64,000 nt of DNA from NCBI RefSeq assembly GCF_964204645.1, contig NC_134025.1:4898001-4962000 (forward strand), given 5' to 3'. Made by a program: the position numbers and the translations under genes. Positions 42,551 through 57,500 of this stretch are shown here, piece after piece (the first letter of the stretch is position 1; each line of letters opens with the position of its first letter). Origin of the DNA: Tubulanus polymorphus (Eukaryota > Animalia > Nemertea). The notes under the pieces were generated by a model, which did not search any database, was not told the DNA's origin, and saw only the letters and a list, made by a program, of their open reading frames with translations.

Positions 42551-45500
42551 GTAAGAATTATATGTAAATTTCAAGTTGTTGTCTACTTAATTATTTCTTC
42601 ATTTGTTCGCGCAGTTCTTCGACAAGAGAAAAAGCTCATTTGAATTCAAGGCACGGTACGAGACACAAGTTTAGGTTTGACAGGAAAAAAAGACACGTTT
42701 CAAATGATAGATTCAAAGCAAGAAGTAAAAATCCCATTTACACATACATTTTTTGAATCAATACTACAACGACCTGCGTCTCATACAGGAAACAAAAGTT
42801 AGATTGTGTCGCTGGTCAAATGAAACTTTCAAAACTTCTGAAGCTAAATACGCAACTCCTTTAAACACGAAACTTCGATTTAGTTACTATTGACTGCGCA
42901 ATGATTCCAATCCAAAACTTATGAAACGCAATTTTTTCGGTGAAGCTCAAAACCTTACCCAAACAAACTGTGTAGATTGTTGAATAAAACATTCTAATCC
43001 GTGTCAACTGTAGATAAATAAAGTCCCACAACAAAATTCAGTTATTCGATAGAATTTCATTGAAATTAAACCAGAATGTTGACTATCATCAGGTGAAATG
43101 ATTTCATTACTGCCATGATCATTCCACCTGATGACGGAAACGCTGTGGTTTCACTTCAATAAGTTCTAAAGGATTGAAAAATTTACCGTGGGACTTTTTT
43201 CATTTATAACTGTGCGATCAGCAACGATTGAACATGAAATAATTGCTCAGACCCCGTGAAATAAACGAGATCTAGCGAAGGTGTTTGCGGATTACTTTTT
43301 TCATCGCTGCTTAATCCGGCGAATTTCCATGATATGATATGATATATTGCCAATTCGTTTCAAAAACCCTTATATCAGAACGGAGATTTAGATAACTGCA
43401 AATTTCTCGAGACAGTACGGCTTTAGAAACGAATCCATTTTCGACGGCCTCGCAGCGTTTCGAAAACTGTTGAAACAACACACGGAAATTGGATAAATGA
43501 GTTTCTTCTAAGGGGAGAAAAGCATAAAAATTAGATTAAAATTGTCATGCATAATACAACGCCGACAATCTAACAACCATCGCCCTCAATAAATTCTTGA
43601 TAATTAGATTCAGCTTTTAGATTCAATTTTTAACAACTTTGAGGTTGATATCTATGTGGAATATCAATAGCAAGATTTTGATTGATTGAAAATAAAGAGG
43701 AAAAGTTATAATGCAATGTACGGGCCTCTAAGGCCCTTGCGTTACTGTTTTCTCTTCTTGATGTTAATAATAATAATGATAATAATGATGATAATAATAA
43801 TTATTATTATTATAATTATAATAATAATAATAATAATTTGATAATAATAATGTAATATAAGACGCGAGACGACTGTTGAAGTTGAAATGAAATTATTACC
43901 TGAAGGGCCCAGTCGCCCACATCATATCCATGATCATTCATACCCCTTGTTCAAGTATAGTTGAAGATATCGCATTTAAATTTCAAACTCAGATGATAAG
44001 GTTCTTTTATTTCTTCTCCAATAAAATGATTTCATTCATTGATATCGATTTCATGCAAAACAAATGACTCAAATATACCAATAAAAATACAAATCTGAGA
44101 GGCAAATCTGAATTCATATTTTTGAACGATATTGAAGAGGTATGAATGGATGACTTTGAAGTATCAATAAACTGCGGCATAAAATATTTTATTAGAACCA
44201 GTGATACGTACTTCATCCTCCGCGGAAAAACCAAAGATACAATCATAGTTGGATCCTTTTAATGAGGAATCCGAAGATATGCATATTCTATGGCACGTTT
44301 TTCACATTTACCAGTGATCTACACTCAGTTTCAGCAAACAATGAGTTCCTGCCTATGATGATATATTTCTGACAGCTGAAACGCTTTTTCTCATTAATTT
44401 CTAAATAGATACGTATACCAAGCACTAGGGTATTAGGGTAGTGATAATAACATGTTATAATCGTTTCGCTTTAAGTTCACTATATCATTTTTCTTATGAA
44501 AAAAATTAATTAATAACGTAGTGGTAATGATTGTGTAAGATTTTTTGTTTCGTTATTTTCTAATGCTCTCGCTTCAGTGCTTCCGTCCGATCTATTCAAT
44601 CCGATATGAATAGGTTTCTGAAGATTGCTTTCAATCGTTCTCTTCTCTGAAACACGTAGCCCTATTTTCCATCCGATTTCTCAATCCTCGGCTTCGTGTC
44701 ACGTAATAATGACGAACACTGTCGCTTTTGTCAGATGATTATGACAAACCGCAATGGCTCCCTCAGACGCAGAGGTTTATGTAACGTCCCCAACTGTTCA
44801 TTGTTTCCCATTTCTTTCGTGGAAATTAGCTCAACTAGAATCCTCTTTCGATGGCAAATACTAAGAGAGGCTCGGCAAATAAGGCAATAGGTTGCGTAAA
44901 CCGCCTAAAGGATAATTTATTCTATCAACAAAATAACTATTCCTCAGACCACACTGAGAACATCCGTATCCTAACAAACGAAACCTACTTTATATTCGCC
45001 TTAGAACAGGCCTAATTGCAATTCGTACAGTTTGATTTATCTCGAATGGTCTTTTCTAGTTCAAAACATTTGAATAGAATGAAGTTTGAATTCATAGTTT
45101 TACAGTTAAAGTTTTGGAACATCAGGATGCTATCCATTTTTATTGATATCGGACTAAAAGAACAACCTAAGAATAACTTTCGAATGATTGCAAATACGGT
45201 TAACCTCTCGTGGGACTCACATCTTGTTCGATAGGGTGAAAATTGTGTGAAAATACATTTGTTCGGTAGCGGTCAATCAATACGGCGGAAAATTAACAAA
45301 AACCGAAGTGATAGCGATACTGGACAGATACAAAAATTGATACGTCATCTCTCTACGGACTTACGTGTTCTACTATACTGCATTCTGGAGTATCCAATTA
45401 ATCGTTATAAGATCGTGATAGCAGAATTCACTCAATCGAAACTCTCTGCATCGGCATCAATCATTTCTTTATAACCGCAACGGGATCATTGGCCGCCTTA

Positions 45501-48500
45501 AATACGAGTTCATTTGACTCCAATAACTCAGTGGTGATATCGGAGCTGTTCAGATTTCTAAGATACCTCATAGAACAAATGGTTTTTACTATCGTGTATA
45601 CACATCATGGCATTTCATCAACCTTATAGTTCATTAGGTTTTCTTTCCTGCCTCCCTGGTGGAAACATCCAAGATTTCAATCCAAATAAGTTGATTCATC
45701 TTCCCTCCCTGAGACCTTTGAGATTGTCATATTTTTATCAAGCCCACGACTGTTTAACAGAATCTTATACAGACTTATTTGATGCATTGTGCGCCATTAT
45801 TTTTTTCTGACTGGCGACGAAGGCTTTCACTTCGGCTCACCTTACAATTCATGATAACGAGACACAATATGTGTTCGCGGTACTGGAATGAGTATTTATA
45901 ATACGACAAAATATGCGTGGGTTTAGATTCTTCGTGTCGACGAGAAGGAACTATTATTGCAGAATTACCTATCACGACATCATTAATCCTACAAGGAATA
46001 GACTACTGATTAGAGGAATAGCGGTTTCCTTTTAAATAATTGACAAAGGTGACCTATAAACCCCTGTTCCAATGAACTCCGTGACCTGAATATAGATAAA
46101 CACCTTGATTAATATCTTCATGGTTGAATAAGAAAATTTCATTTATCTCTTTGTATCAAAAACAAGAACAAGCCAGTCCGTTAAGGCTTACAAGACACAT
46201 TGACGGTAATAAGATACACAACAAAAACAGCAAGTTTTAATTCTAATCTTAAGTGATGTAACAAATAGATAAATGGATTAAGTTGGGAATTGCAAAGTCT
46301 CATCGCGACTGATATAAATCCGCAAATACTAGTTGGTTGTGACATGACTACATTGGCGCTCTGGGAGTGGTGGATGGGTGGAAGTGCCATTAGTCGAAAA
46401 TGGCACGCAATCTTGATCAAATGCTACAAATAAGATTGTTAACATTGAGTCCTGAGAGCGTTTGGAATTCAAAATATGCTTTCGGAGAAAATGTAAACAA
46501 TCAAAGTATCAATCATTTTCAAAGAGTACGATAACTTATGCGGATATTGTTTATCTTGCTCTTGCTTATGGAGTCATTTAAAATAGGGATCGATGAAATA
46601 CACGGATCGAATGATCTCCATCGATTATCGCCGTAATAAAAAAGAGAAACACGTTGATAGATATCTGAGGTAACTGATCGCACGGTAAATTGGATCACGG
46701 CTGTTCCCCCAATCAGTATTTTTGTTTTGCCCCTCGTCAGGATAAGAGCGTAGTGTGCAATGAAGCGTGAACAATTCGCTCTCGTCTGCCCGGCTAGAGA
46801 GATTTTTCACCGGATGAAGCATTCGTGCATGTACTTACATACCAACCTATGTATGGGTGCGTTTGAATGACTGTAGGAAATGTTTAAAGATTCTTATAAG
46901 TTATACTAACTTGTTCGTTCTACCTTGTTATAATGATAATTCTAACGATCTTGTAGATTCTATGTTTTATATAGAGCCTAGTTTTCACGAAGAACAACAA
47001 ATCTGCCGTATGGATTTTAATTCATTGCAGATAAACATGAAAGATTTTGTTAAGTTGTCTATTCTTGAAGAAGAAGCTATTCTGACAAGGCTGGATCAAA
47101 TCCATGAACTGGCCAGGAACAGAATCCCACCGAGTCATTAGTCTTGTCTCCTATATAATTAATTTGTCATTGGTGAAGTAGAGATTCAGCGCTTACATGC
47201 GGACATATCATCTGACTAATGGCTGTAATCAGTTACTTGAAAACCGTAATTAGTTTTCGAAAAATAACTTCACTTCCTTGAAGAGTCCCTTTTACGCAGT
47301 CAAACATGATATAAATTGGAAAAAAACTTGGATGTCGTCGTTAAACGTTTCGCAATTAAAGTGCACGTAAAATATTCCCCGTAAGCCGACTTGATTGATC
47401 CTCTTTCGTCGCTAAAATCCGTCCCTTGATTCATTTTGCGATGAGTAGTATCGCGCGAACGAATCTCTGAAGTCTCATTTTTAAAACGGTTATCACGAGT
47501 CTCTATAAACGACATCGAAAAATCGCCTTCGCGATTCAATGAATCGAATAGAAAACATTGATAGCGTTTGGGTCAACGGACCGATATGACCGCAGAGGGC
47601 TAAACTAAAAATCGGTCAATCTATTGGATTATTCATAACTTTGATGAGCTATCAAATTAGATTGAGTTTTTCTTTCGGTCATGTCTTCATCCAACAACAT
47701 GCAAATCAATCCATTTGTCAGCTCTTATCGTCTGCGCTCCTTTCTTTCGTCCAAACTCCTTTTCTCCTGTCCTGTCGACTGCCTGTTTTCGTTTATCTTT
47801 CTAATCGTCTGTCACTTCAGTCATATTTGCTCTTTCAGCTGCCACGGTGACTCCTATCGGTGAGACTTTTATGAGGTTTAACAGAACTTATCCATGCGAA
47901 AAAATGATTCAAAGTGCAAAACGCAATATTCTGAGCGTATAATGAAGGTGCAAAATCTAAAGAATCTGCTGTCGTGGAACACATGAACAATGTGTTGATG
48001 TCGATCGATTAAGATCAATCAGTGCTCTCCACCTTTCATCAAATTCTTCTAACTGATCTATATAATACTTATTACTTAAACACATTATTTAGCCAGTATA
48101 TCGATAATTACACCATTCAACCGATGATTTCTGAGACAAAATCTAATAATTCGCGGTGTCTGAGGCCGATATGGGATGACAGGCTGCGTAGATTTTCTTT
48201 CCAGCTTCCCTTTGACCAATTAACGTCATACGCAGTAACGATTTAAATTTCTCACGTAGCAATAATTTGAAAGGAAATCAATATTTCTAATTTCCATTAA
48301 CGCCAAGGAAGACTCATAGAAAATAGAACCGAACTTCTTAAAAGAGTATGTTGAGAGTTTTTGATAGATATAGATTTTCCGTTGCTAGATTCTGCATGTA
48401 ATAATAATGACTCGCCTGCGTCAACGCAATGGCGCGTCAGAAGCCGATGGCAATTTTCACTAACTGCATAGTTTCTGTCAAATTCAACACAGGAAACAAT

Positions 48501-51500
48501 ATTTCATCGGTTCAGTAATATTACATTCCATAACAAAAAAGTGCGATAGTTGCGTAGTAGTTGTGGTATGCAATTTAGAAAAGTCTCTTGTATACGACAC
48601 ATTCTGCGTAGGTTATGTCATTATTTTCGCTACATAGAACCACGTCTTTAAATCCTGTCCTTAGGCATTTGGCCAGGATGCCCCAATCGAAATGATTTCA
48701 TAAAATGTACAAATCTAGGCTCGTGAAGTGGAGGCTGATTTTATCATTGACTGTAGTGCATATTCAAACGTAGGAAAAATTATGTATTTCAGACATTCTT
48801 AGGAATTATCACCGATACAAAATCAGGTCCCAACTAAATCATCTATTGAAAGCGATCGTAGGCTATATCAATAGCGCGTCCTGATTAGTTCGTTTATCCA
48901 TCGTGGATAGGAAATGCACGTCAATGCACAAAAAGTTATATCTGTGTTTAACGAAGAAATTGTACAGTCAAGTGTGATCTGGCTGGGAAAAAATCATATA
49001 TTTCGATCATTTATCTCGGTTCTTATTAATCTTCGTTCCCACGACCGACTTTTAGGCGCCGTTCAGTAAGTTGATTTGCACGACGTGTTACTCAAGGAAT
49101 CAAAATCCGCAGCGTCAAAAAGAATCAAAAGATTGAAAAGCTTAAATATGATAATGATTGCAGTGAAACTTGGTTTCATACAAAGGTATATCTCGAAGGC
49201 TTCGTATAGATTTTTTTCTATGATATGGATGTTTCGGTTCAGGATGACGCAAAGAAGTATTATCAAAGTACTTGTAGCAGTATGTTCCCAAGAGCTACCG
49301 GCTGATCGACATCCTTCAATGTGTAGCGGATTAGTAATCGAAAACAGCATTTGTTTCTCAAGCACTCGGTGTACATGATGTTCATTATTTCCAGAAACTC
49401 TTTAATACGCAGTGCACAGACCGCACCAACCTGTGACAAAGGTTCACCGTTAGACTCTTATAGATTTGAAGACCGGGAAACGCAGGGAAGTCCTAAGCAT
49501 AGGGAAACACAAATACACAGAATCAAACCGTAGTCATTCAATTTGTAATTGATTTTTTTGGTTTATGACAATCTTAAATTGTCGTAAACGGGTCGTTAGT
49601 TTTGTGTGCGTTTTGTTTTGTTATTGGACAGGTTGGGTGTAAACTAGGTCCTATTGTATGGTATTACTTGGCTATAGTTGTGTTAAATATATGAGTTAAT
49701 GTTCTGGTTCAGCTAAAGCATTTAATAACAAAACTGTTACTGTAATTGATACTGACGAAGGTTTTGTTTTGTTAGGAACCTGAACAATTAGTTTGATCTC
49801 GGAAACATATTGTAACCCGAAACCATGTTTCTCGTGTCTCGAGTACGCACACGACACGGGAAAACGCTTGGAAACATATTTATATCTCCTGTTTCTGTTT
49901 CCCTGCATCACGTTTGGCTTAATCTTTTTGATTTAGACCAAACAAACAGTTCTGGGCGATTTCGCTGTAGGTGATATTGCAAATGAATTATACGTCGTGT
50001 TTACTGGTTCTGATTAATGTTTCAGTATTTTCCTGGTCAGTTAACTGATTGATGATGGTGTTAATGTCACAACAACACTTGTCCACTGTTAATTCACTGC
50101 GCGATAATGTCGGCCGTTTCCGATCGCTGTTCGAGATTCTCAGAACGCGCTGACACAAACATATCTCAGTTTTGATGAAGACAGTGCATTCATTATACTC
50201 TCGCGTTCTGAGAAAAAAGGGAGTCTCCGGATCAATTTACACCCACGCTCTCATACGAGAAATGCGAATACAATTTCCGAAACTCCTTGAAACAAAAGTT
50301 CTGATATATGATGTGAGTTGCTTGAATGATTTTTCTGCCTAAAGACGACTTTCTAAATTCAATAAATATTCATGGCCCGGCTTTGCGTTGCTTTTGTAGC
50401 CAGTTAGTTTCTCAGATCATCGAATGCTCGTGTATTCGTTGCCCGTACGATTAGAACCCAATTTGCCGAAAAAAACCCTACTGAATTATTCGGTAACACC
50501 GAAATTCATCGTCGGTAAAAGCCGAATTACGTCGTAAAACATAGTATAATACGATAGTGTCGAAGCACTTTGAATCTTAAATCGACTGGCCGAAATTGAA
50601 AGACCCGATACAAGCTTGATACCGCTGATCTTGTGCAAGGAATGTGTTAACCGAAATGTCAATCCTCTTCCATCGGCTGTTAGAAGTTTCTTCGTGACAA
50701 ACACGATAATACGCGTACAGGGAACGACAAACCTGGTGATATATTATTATATTCGATCTCAGTTAAGTCAATACAACTCTGTGTGTACATTAGTTTTGTT
50801 GTTCTCGTAACAAACCGCGATTTTAAGACATAATTCGATGAATCGTGCTATCGATCGCACTTCTCTCATTGCTCTTCAACGCGTCAAGTTGACTTGTAGC
50901 ACAGTAATTATTGAATTGGATATTTGCTGAATATATAACTAATTAAATCGTTATTAATTTTTCGTATTGATATGTGTCGTTTTGTAGTAACAAGCCGTAA
51001 GCTATGCGTTAGATCAGCTGCTCGATTTAAGGAAAAATCTAATATAATTTAATCGAAACATTTGCAGCTGTCATAACATGAGTTTTTCGCGCCATTCCGA
51101 ATTTTGACGTTCTGTCTTTGGAATTTTCCCGTGTATAACATCCATCCGATATTCCACGAAAGATTAGCATCCATTAGTTTTAATTCACGAGTTGGGAATA
51201 TCAACCACAAAAGATATCTACCGGTATACAATCATATCTTCGCTGGACGATAGTATAAGTGCTGAAAAAAACTTTTAATTTTCAGTAGTTGATTAAATAA
51301 TAGCTATCGATATTGGCTGTTATAGGTCCACTATTTTCCATAGGTTTATTTTGGTACGAGTTTGACTAGATATTCACATTCCATCCATTAATAAACAAAT
51401 TTTCTTCGCACTGAAATGGATTTTTATTAATTCTCATACGATATCTCTCCTTTTTCTTGAAATGATTTTCCAAGAATTTCAATCTTGAGCCCACAGCTAA

Positions 51501-54500
51501 AATCTGATCTGATTTAAAAATGTGCAACTGGATGCTACAGAAAATTCCCGAGAATGCGGAGGACGCTGGCGTAGCTAATATCAATTTCTTGACTCTAACG
51601 CCCTAAATCGTGGATGAATAAGAATTCATTTATTAATTCTCCACAAGAAAATTAACAATATCGATATTAACCTGACGATAGAAGCCTTGAATCTATTATT
51701 TCCGTATAATTACTTCAAACATGACATGGGAGTGTGCATCGAGGCATCGTGAAAACTGGTCACATTTTAACACCGGAATTAATCCTACGTAGTTAGTAAA
51801 GGTGTTATACGAGACACGATCACATTTTTATGCTTGCTTTAGGTGTAAAATGTTTGCGGGATGATTTAATCTCAAGGCTTTTCCGCAATGAACGAGAACT
51901 GACCTAGATATGTAGATTTGTGCACAAGATTTGACTAGGAATGGCTTCTTGATATTTTTCACGTTGCGTGGTTGTTGTACCTTTAAGTCGGATAATGCAC
52001 AAAATACTGAGATGTCTAGGAAATCTATATTTTTTCAGAAAAGCTACTTTTTCTACACGTCAATATCGAGCGAATTAATCAATCTAGAAAGGTATATACA
52101 TGTTAAAAAATGCCCTAGAAACCTTTTCATCCGATAGTACAACTAGTTCAAGAAATACAAAAGAGCAATCTCGCTAGTTAATTCCTCCTCGAGCTCCCGG
52201 GTATTCAACCGCCTGAAATTATTTTCCGCCGAAAGAAAACGTCATTGGGATAAAAAAGTGAAACACGCAGTGTAACTATAATGAGTCAACCGACGAGAAT
52301 TCCGCATCATTTTTGCGGAACGAAAACTCATACCAATTATCACCGGGGTCGGTAAGTAGATTGAAGTAGAATCGCGCACGATTTAAGATCTCAACAAATC
52401 GCACACGACGTCGATTAGAAAACCGAACTTTATCGAAGGTAAAGGAAAAGTGGAATTTTTCGATGAGTTGAAATCCAACTGATCAGGCTATATATGTATA
52501 CATATATATATAGAGAGATAGATATATAAAGGCCCAATGTCCTGAGACGGAGTCTGTTAAGAGATAATTGGATACTGGCATATGCGACGTTTGATGAGCT
52601 GATCAGAAGGACGTTGGCCGTGATGAAAATGTCACTCTAATGTGTTGTCAGTATACAGCTGCAGGTAACCACCGCCATCCTTTTAACTTGTGCAACTGTT
52701 CTGACAGAAGAGCGTCTTCTAAGAAATCAAGCCACGACGAACTGCATTCATAACCAAATATACCGAAGATAAATAATATGATATTTGATAAGCGGTCTAC
52801 GTACGCACTAAATTCGAAGAAGTAACTTTTTGAATCAAACAGAAATAGCTGTCTTGGGAATGGCTTGAATTCATATAAAATGGTAATACTGATACAACGT
52901 ATTGATTTATTGGCCATGTGATTGATTTTACGATCGACCGATGATCAATCAGTTACTTTTGATATATATTATTGACAACTATCTTGATCAGTTTAGTTTA
53001 GCTAATATTACCTATTAATTTTTCTTTACGAGCGAAGTTAAGCTACAATCAATTTAGTTTTACAATCATTAGTCGATATTTCTGCGCCCATAAAGATCTT
53101 GCACCTTGCGACCATATTTCGTCCCATTTCACGCGCCGTCTTGATATTTCAGTCAAAATCAGAAACAGTTTCTGATCATTCTTAACTTGCGGCGTGTTAT
53201 TGCAATATTTTGTCATTCGACGCTCATTTCCTTCCTGTGTACACAGAATCAGTATTGTCACTGGGGGATTATTCGATCCGACAGAAAACGTTGAGCAAGA
53301 TCGAGTAGTGTTTCTAACAACGGCATGTTATCTGATACAACGCAACTTCTTGATGTTATTTTTAGACGCGTGTCCTCTTTTTAGAACATTACGTGTGAAT
53401 TCCTACAGCGTCAAATATTGCGGAAATTCTCTTCTGGAATATTCCAGTTGAGCATAAATCATATTTATTGTTTGGTGTTTTTGATACGAAATAAACATTA
53501 TCGATATATCAACGAAATTGTTACCGGGGGCAAAATTTGCAATATATTCACTTACACACGTTTTTAGATATGAAATTGTGTTTATCATTAAATTCGGAAT
53601 GCTTTTAAATAATTTGCAACTTTTCTTGAGTAGTTATTTTTCACGACCGTGGTTACTTGTCGAGGAAAAATGTATAGTTTCCATGGTGACAGTCGTTTGT
53701 ATTTGCAATTTTCTCTTTCTGAATGGTACTTCAGTGAAACCCGGTTCAGATGCCCCCCTCTATATGTTATTAAATCTTGTCACCACGAGTCTAAACGCTC
53801 GATGTTATGGTTATCATACTCGACAAAAATCCGAACGAATAGCAAATACGCACTCGATACACTTGGACAGATTTGCTCGTATACAATGTAAGGAACTCTA
53901 TTTCGGCGAAAAACATCCATCCAGGATTTATGCTGATGAAATTTACCTTCGGTGGCACCCGAATAGGTCGCTCACGATACGGTGCACTTGACGGTGTCTC
54001 ATGCTTAGACTGCTTTCAACGGCAGTTTTTTTTTCGTATGTTATGTCGGTTTTCATTAAAGGGTTAATGTAAATGAATGAAACATTCGGCAGTAATCGTC
54101 AATTTGCATCCTTGACTGAAGTAAATGATGCGCTATTTGTATTGTTTATTGTACAATCGCGTGACGTGAAAACGAAACAGACTATTTTCCTATTTTGATT
54201 CGATCGTGTTTCGACGCATTAAAAGTCCCTTTTCAATTTCAGAAACGACATTAATAATTCACCCATTGGATAGAAATGAAAAACAAAAGATTTTTTATTT
54301 TCTATGATTCGATATTGATGATTTATGGTCCACGCCTACCGGGATAATGATAATTCCCATTTCGAAAAAAAAAATATTCCCTAAAAGATTCGATATTTTC
54401 ATGTCGCGTGAATGCCATACAATTTAGAAAATTAATTCCCAAAAGCAAAATCTCAAAAAGAATAATACTTCGCTAAAAGTTCATTACGTCTAGAATTTTT

Positions 54501-57500
54501 GCTAATACCTAAACAAACCAAAGGTTATGAGGTCCTAGAATTTAACTGAAAATTAGTATAGAACTTAGATAGATACATTTTCATATAAAATAGACCATGG
54601 CCTGAGGTTCACACGCTGTTAAAACCAGACCATTGAAAACAGGGAAATTGTCAATATTTTTCGTGAGTTTGCCACTCAAATATATTCAAAGCGGAAAATA
54701 TCGACATTAGTTATAACCTTTACCAAGGAAACAACTCGCTAACAGTTTTCAAGCTGCTTCGAGTGGCTTTCAACAGAAGTCTTGCACAGCTCCCTCGAAG
54801 GCAATAGTCAAGTTCTTCAAACACTTCTTCCGAGAACCAGATTAAAAATGTATAGATCTGAAGATTTCCCTTATCTTCGAGATTTTGAAGTAAACCTGCA
54901 TGTTGACGGAAAACATCGCGCGAAAACAATAAATGTGGCCAGAGAAATTATTAGCGCGCTAAATCACTGAGCCGATCAATCAATGTTAAGGTGGGTTGAT
55001 GTCCGTATAAGAATTCTCCGCGCTAAATTGAATGAATGAAATGTTTATGCCTGAAAATTTCCGAAACCACCGACTTCCTCACTTTGTCGGATGGCCGTAT
55101 TTCATAATCCTATGAAAATGAATAGATTGCTGCAGATTATTTCAATCAATGTCAAATTTCCCGTCATGAAAATAAATGCTAACATGTCATCGACGACGTG
55201 TGTAGAAAAATGAACAAACCGGAAAAGATTTAAGATTCGCTATCGGTAGAAATTGCGATAGCAACTGCAATGTTATGAGTGCCTAGTCAATAAAATCGCA
55301 GTGATAGAAAACGAGATGACCTAACGACTAAAAAAAACATGAACAAGTCGACCTACGTCAGCACTTATCAATACAGTTTTGATGGCAAAGAAGGTCAATT
55401 CAAGCTCGTTCCACGCTTACAAAAATCTTTAGAAAATGCACCTTATTTATCATTTGTAATCGTTATATATTGATACTGTCGAGGGAGGCTCGAAAGGTCA
55501 GGACATGGCGGTAAGTTTACATCAAATTCTTACCACGTTTTCATGATGAGAAATGACGGTGATTGATTGGTCATTACTGAATCAAGTTTTGAGTTGACAG
55601 ATCGGAAATGTTTTTCCTGCTAATGTTACACGTCAGTCACAAGAGGCCATCGTCAATTCCGCCAGGAATGAAATTTAAATAGCCCCGCACTATGACTGGA
55701 AACTACGAACGGGCAATAACAAAATAGCAAGATCATTTAACGTAATGAAATTAAAAATGATCTGAAAAAAACCTTGACTAGACGCATGTGTCAACGGGAT
55801 GCGCCGAATAAAGATCGAATCAATATGAAATGTTTGCGTTATTCTGTCTATATTTTGAGCACAGTGGGTATTATGCACAAATTAATAGAACTTTTTCATC
55901 CAAATGCCAGGGTATCATTCAACATCGCGTGCTTAACCAAATTGTTTAACCACATTACGTAACTTATTTTTCCATTTGGCTGTAACGTTTTTAGAATAAT
56001 TTGACTTGTCGTTCATGGTACTGCGGTGTGCAGTTAAAAATACCTAACCACCAAATACAAACGTCCTTTTATTATTATTTCCAGCAATAACCGCGTGTGA
56101 TGAGGATTATCTACAGACAAATTTGTTCAAAAATTACAACCCGTTGGTCCGCCCAGGAAATGGTACCTCGACGCTAGTGGCCGATGTCGAGTTCCGCATA
56201 TTTCTGATACTGACACTGGTAATCATTAAAACACTCATGTCATTTTTCTCATGTCATTCTATCTGCTTCGTTTAAGCACCACTGTTATTATCATCGTGTT
56301 TTAAGCTAATTTGCCATACCCAGACGGGGAAATAAAAAGCCCTTGCGTGTAAATTATGTACGTTACACGCCTGATTGATATATACTTTCTTCTGATATAA
56401 CGGTCCCCATTATGAAACCAAGAACAGACGGTAGCTGCGTGAAACGTTTCAGTACAACCCAATCTCTCGCTTTTGTAATTATTCCGTTACTTTTTCATAT
56501 TTTGGCAGGATGAAGTGAAGCAAATGATGACTGCTGCATACGTTTTCCCAATGGTAAGTGATCTATTTCGTAAAATATGCACCGAATGAACACTTCTCAT
56601 CTTAAATTTCCAATTTCTATCATAATGCCTGTACATTATTTACATTAATTCTTAGCTTATCACATGCAACTCAACCTCCCCTAGATGAAATACGCGCTCA
56701 ATAATGCAAACCTTTATCGACACAAAGTTATTGACAACACGACAAAATGTGTAGGCAAACTTATTTCTGAAAAAAATTGACGTGGGTGTTATGTCGTTCT
56801 TCGTCGTGAGATCGATGTACAACATAGGCATTATGACGTGCTCCCAGTTATATATTTATGGATCAACCATGACGCATCTCTATTACATCTTTGGGTCATT
56901 TGTTTTATTTCTAGAACTGGAAAGACAGCCGCTTGAGTTGGAACCCCGCAGAATGTCAAAACATCATGTCGATAACTGTTCCCTCGAGTAAACTCTGGCT
57001 ACCTGACGTCATTTTATTGGATAGGTGCGTATACGCCATGACATTATGTTTGATCCCTGTCTAATCACTGTGCCAGAGTTGTTTCTGCGTTCTCGTCTGG
57101 AGTTTGTCTTCTTTCAAAATATACTTAAACTGAAAAGTCATGTTTGAATCCCTAACTATCAACAGGATTTCTTGATTAGAAATTTGCGTATCCACTGAGC
57201 AGTAAACGCTCGTTCCCATCCGTCTTAGTTTGACAGCGTGAAACGGAATAGATCGTACAATCAATGATGGTACAATTACCAATCAGTTGTGATCATCAAA
57301 GAATCCTTTAATTTCGGAATGAATGAGAAATACGAATTGAGTAGATTTACCTTGTGTGAGATCACGCAAGCGTCGAGTTCCACTTTCCTTCTCACAAATC
57401 ACATACGAAAACAAATTACTATTTACAATGAATCCAGCGTCGTGGAATTTAGAAAAGAATATTTTTCTTGATTTACAGGACTGACGGAAAATTGGAGCTA

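Noticed and set aside
46721-46830. Minus-strand CCTGACGAGGGGCAAAAC resembling a Penelope hammerhead start
   Set aside because: The second half of the core is absent; too little sequence to support a call.
53518-53991. 157-aa ORF in the receptor intron
   Set aside because: Non-ATG start, composition typical of AT-rich non-coding DNA, and no motifs.
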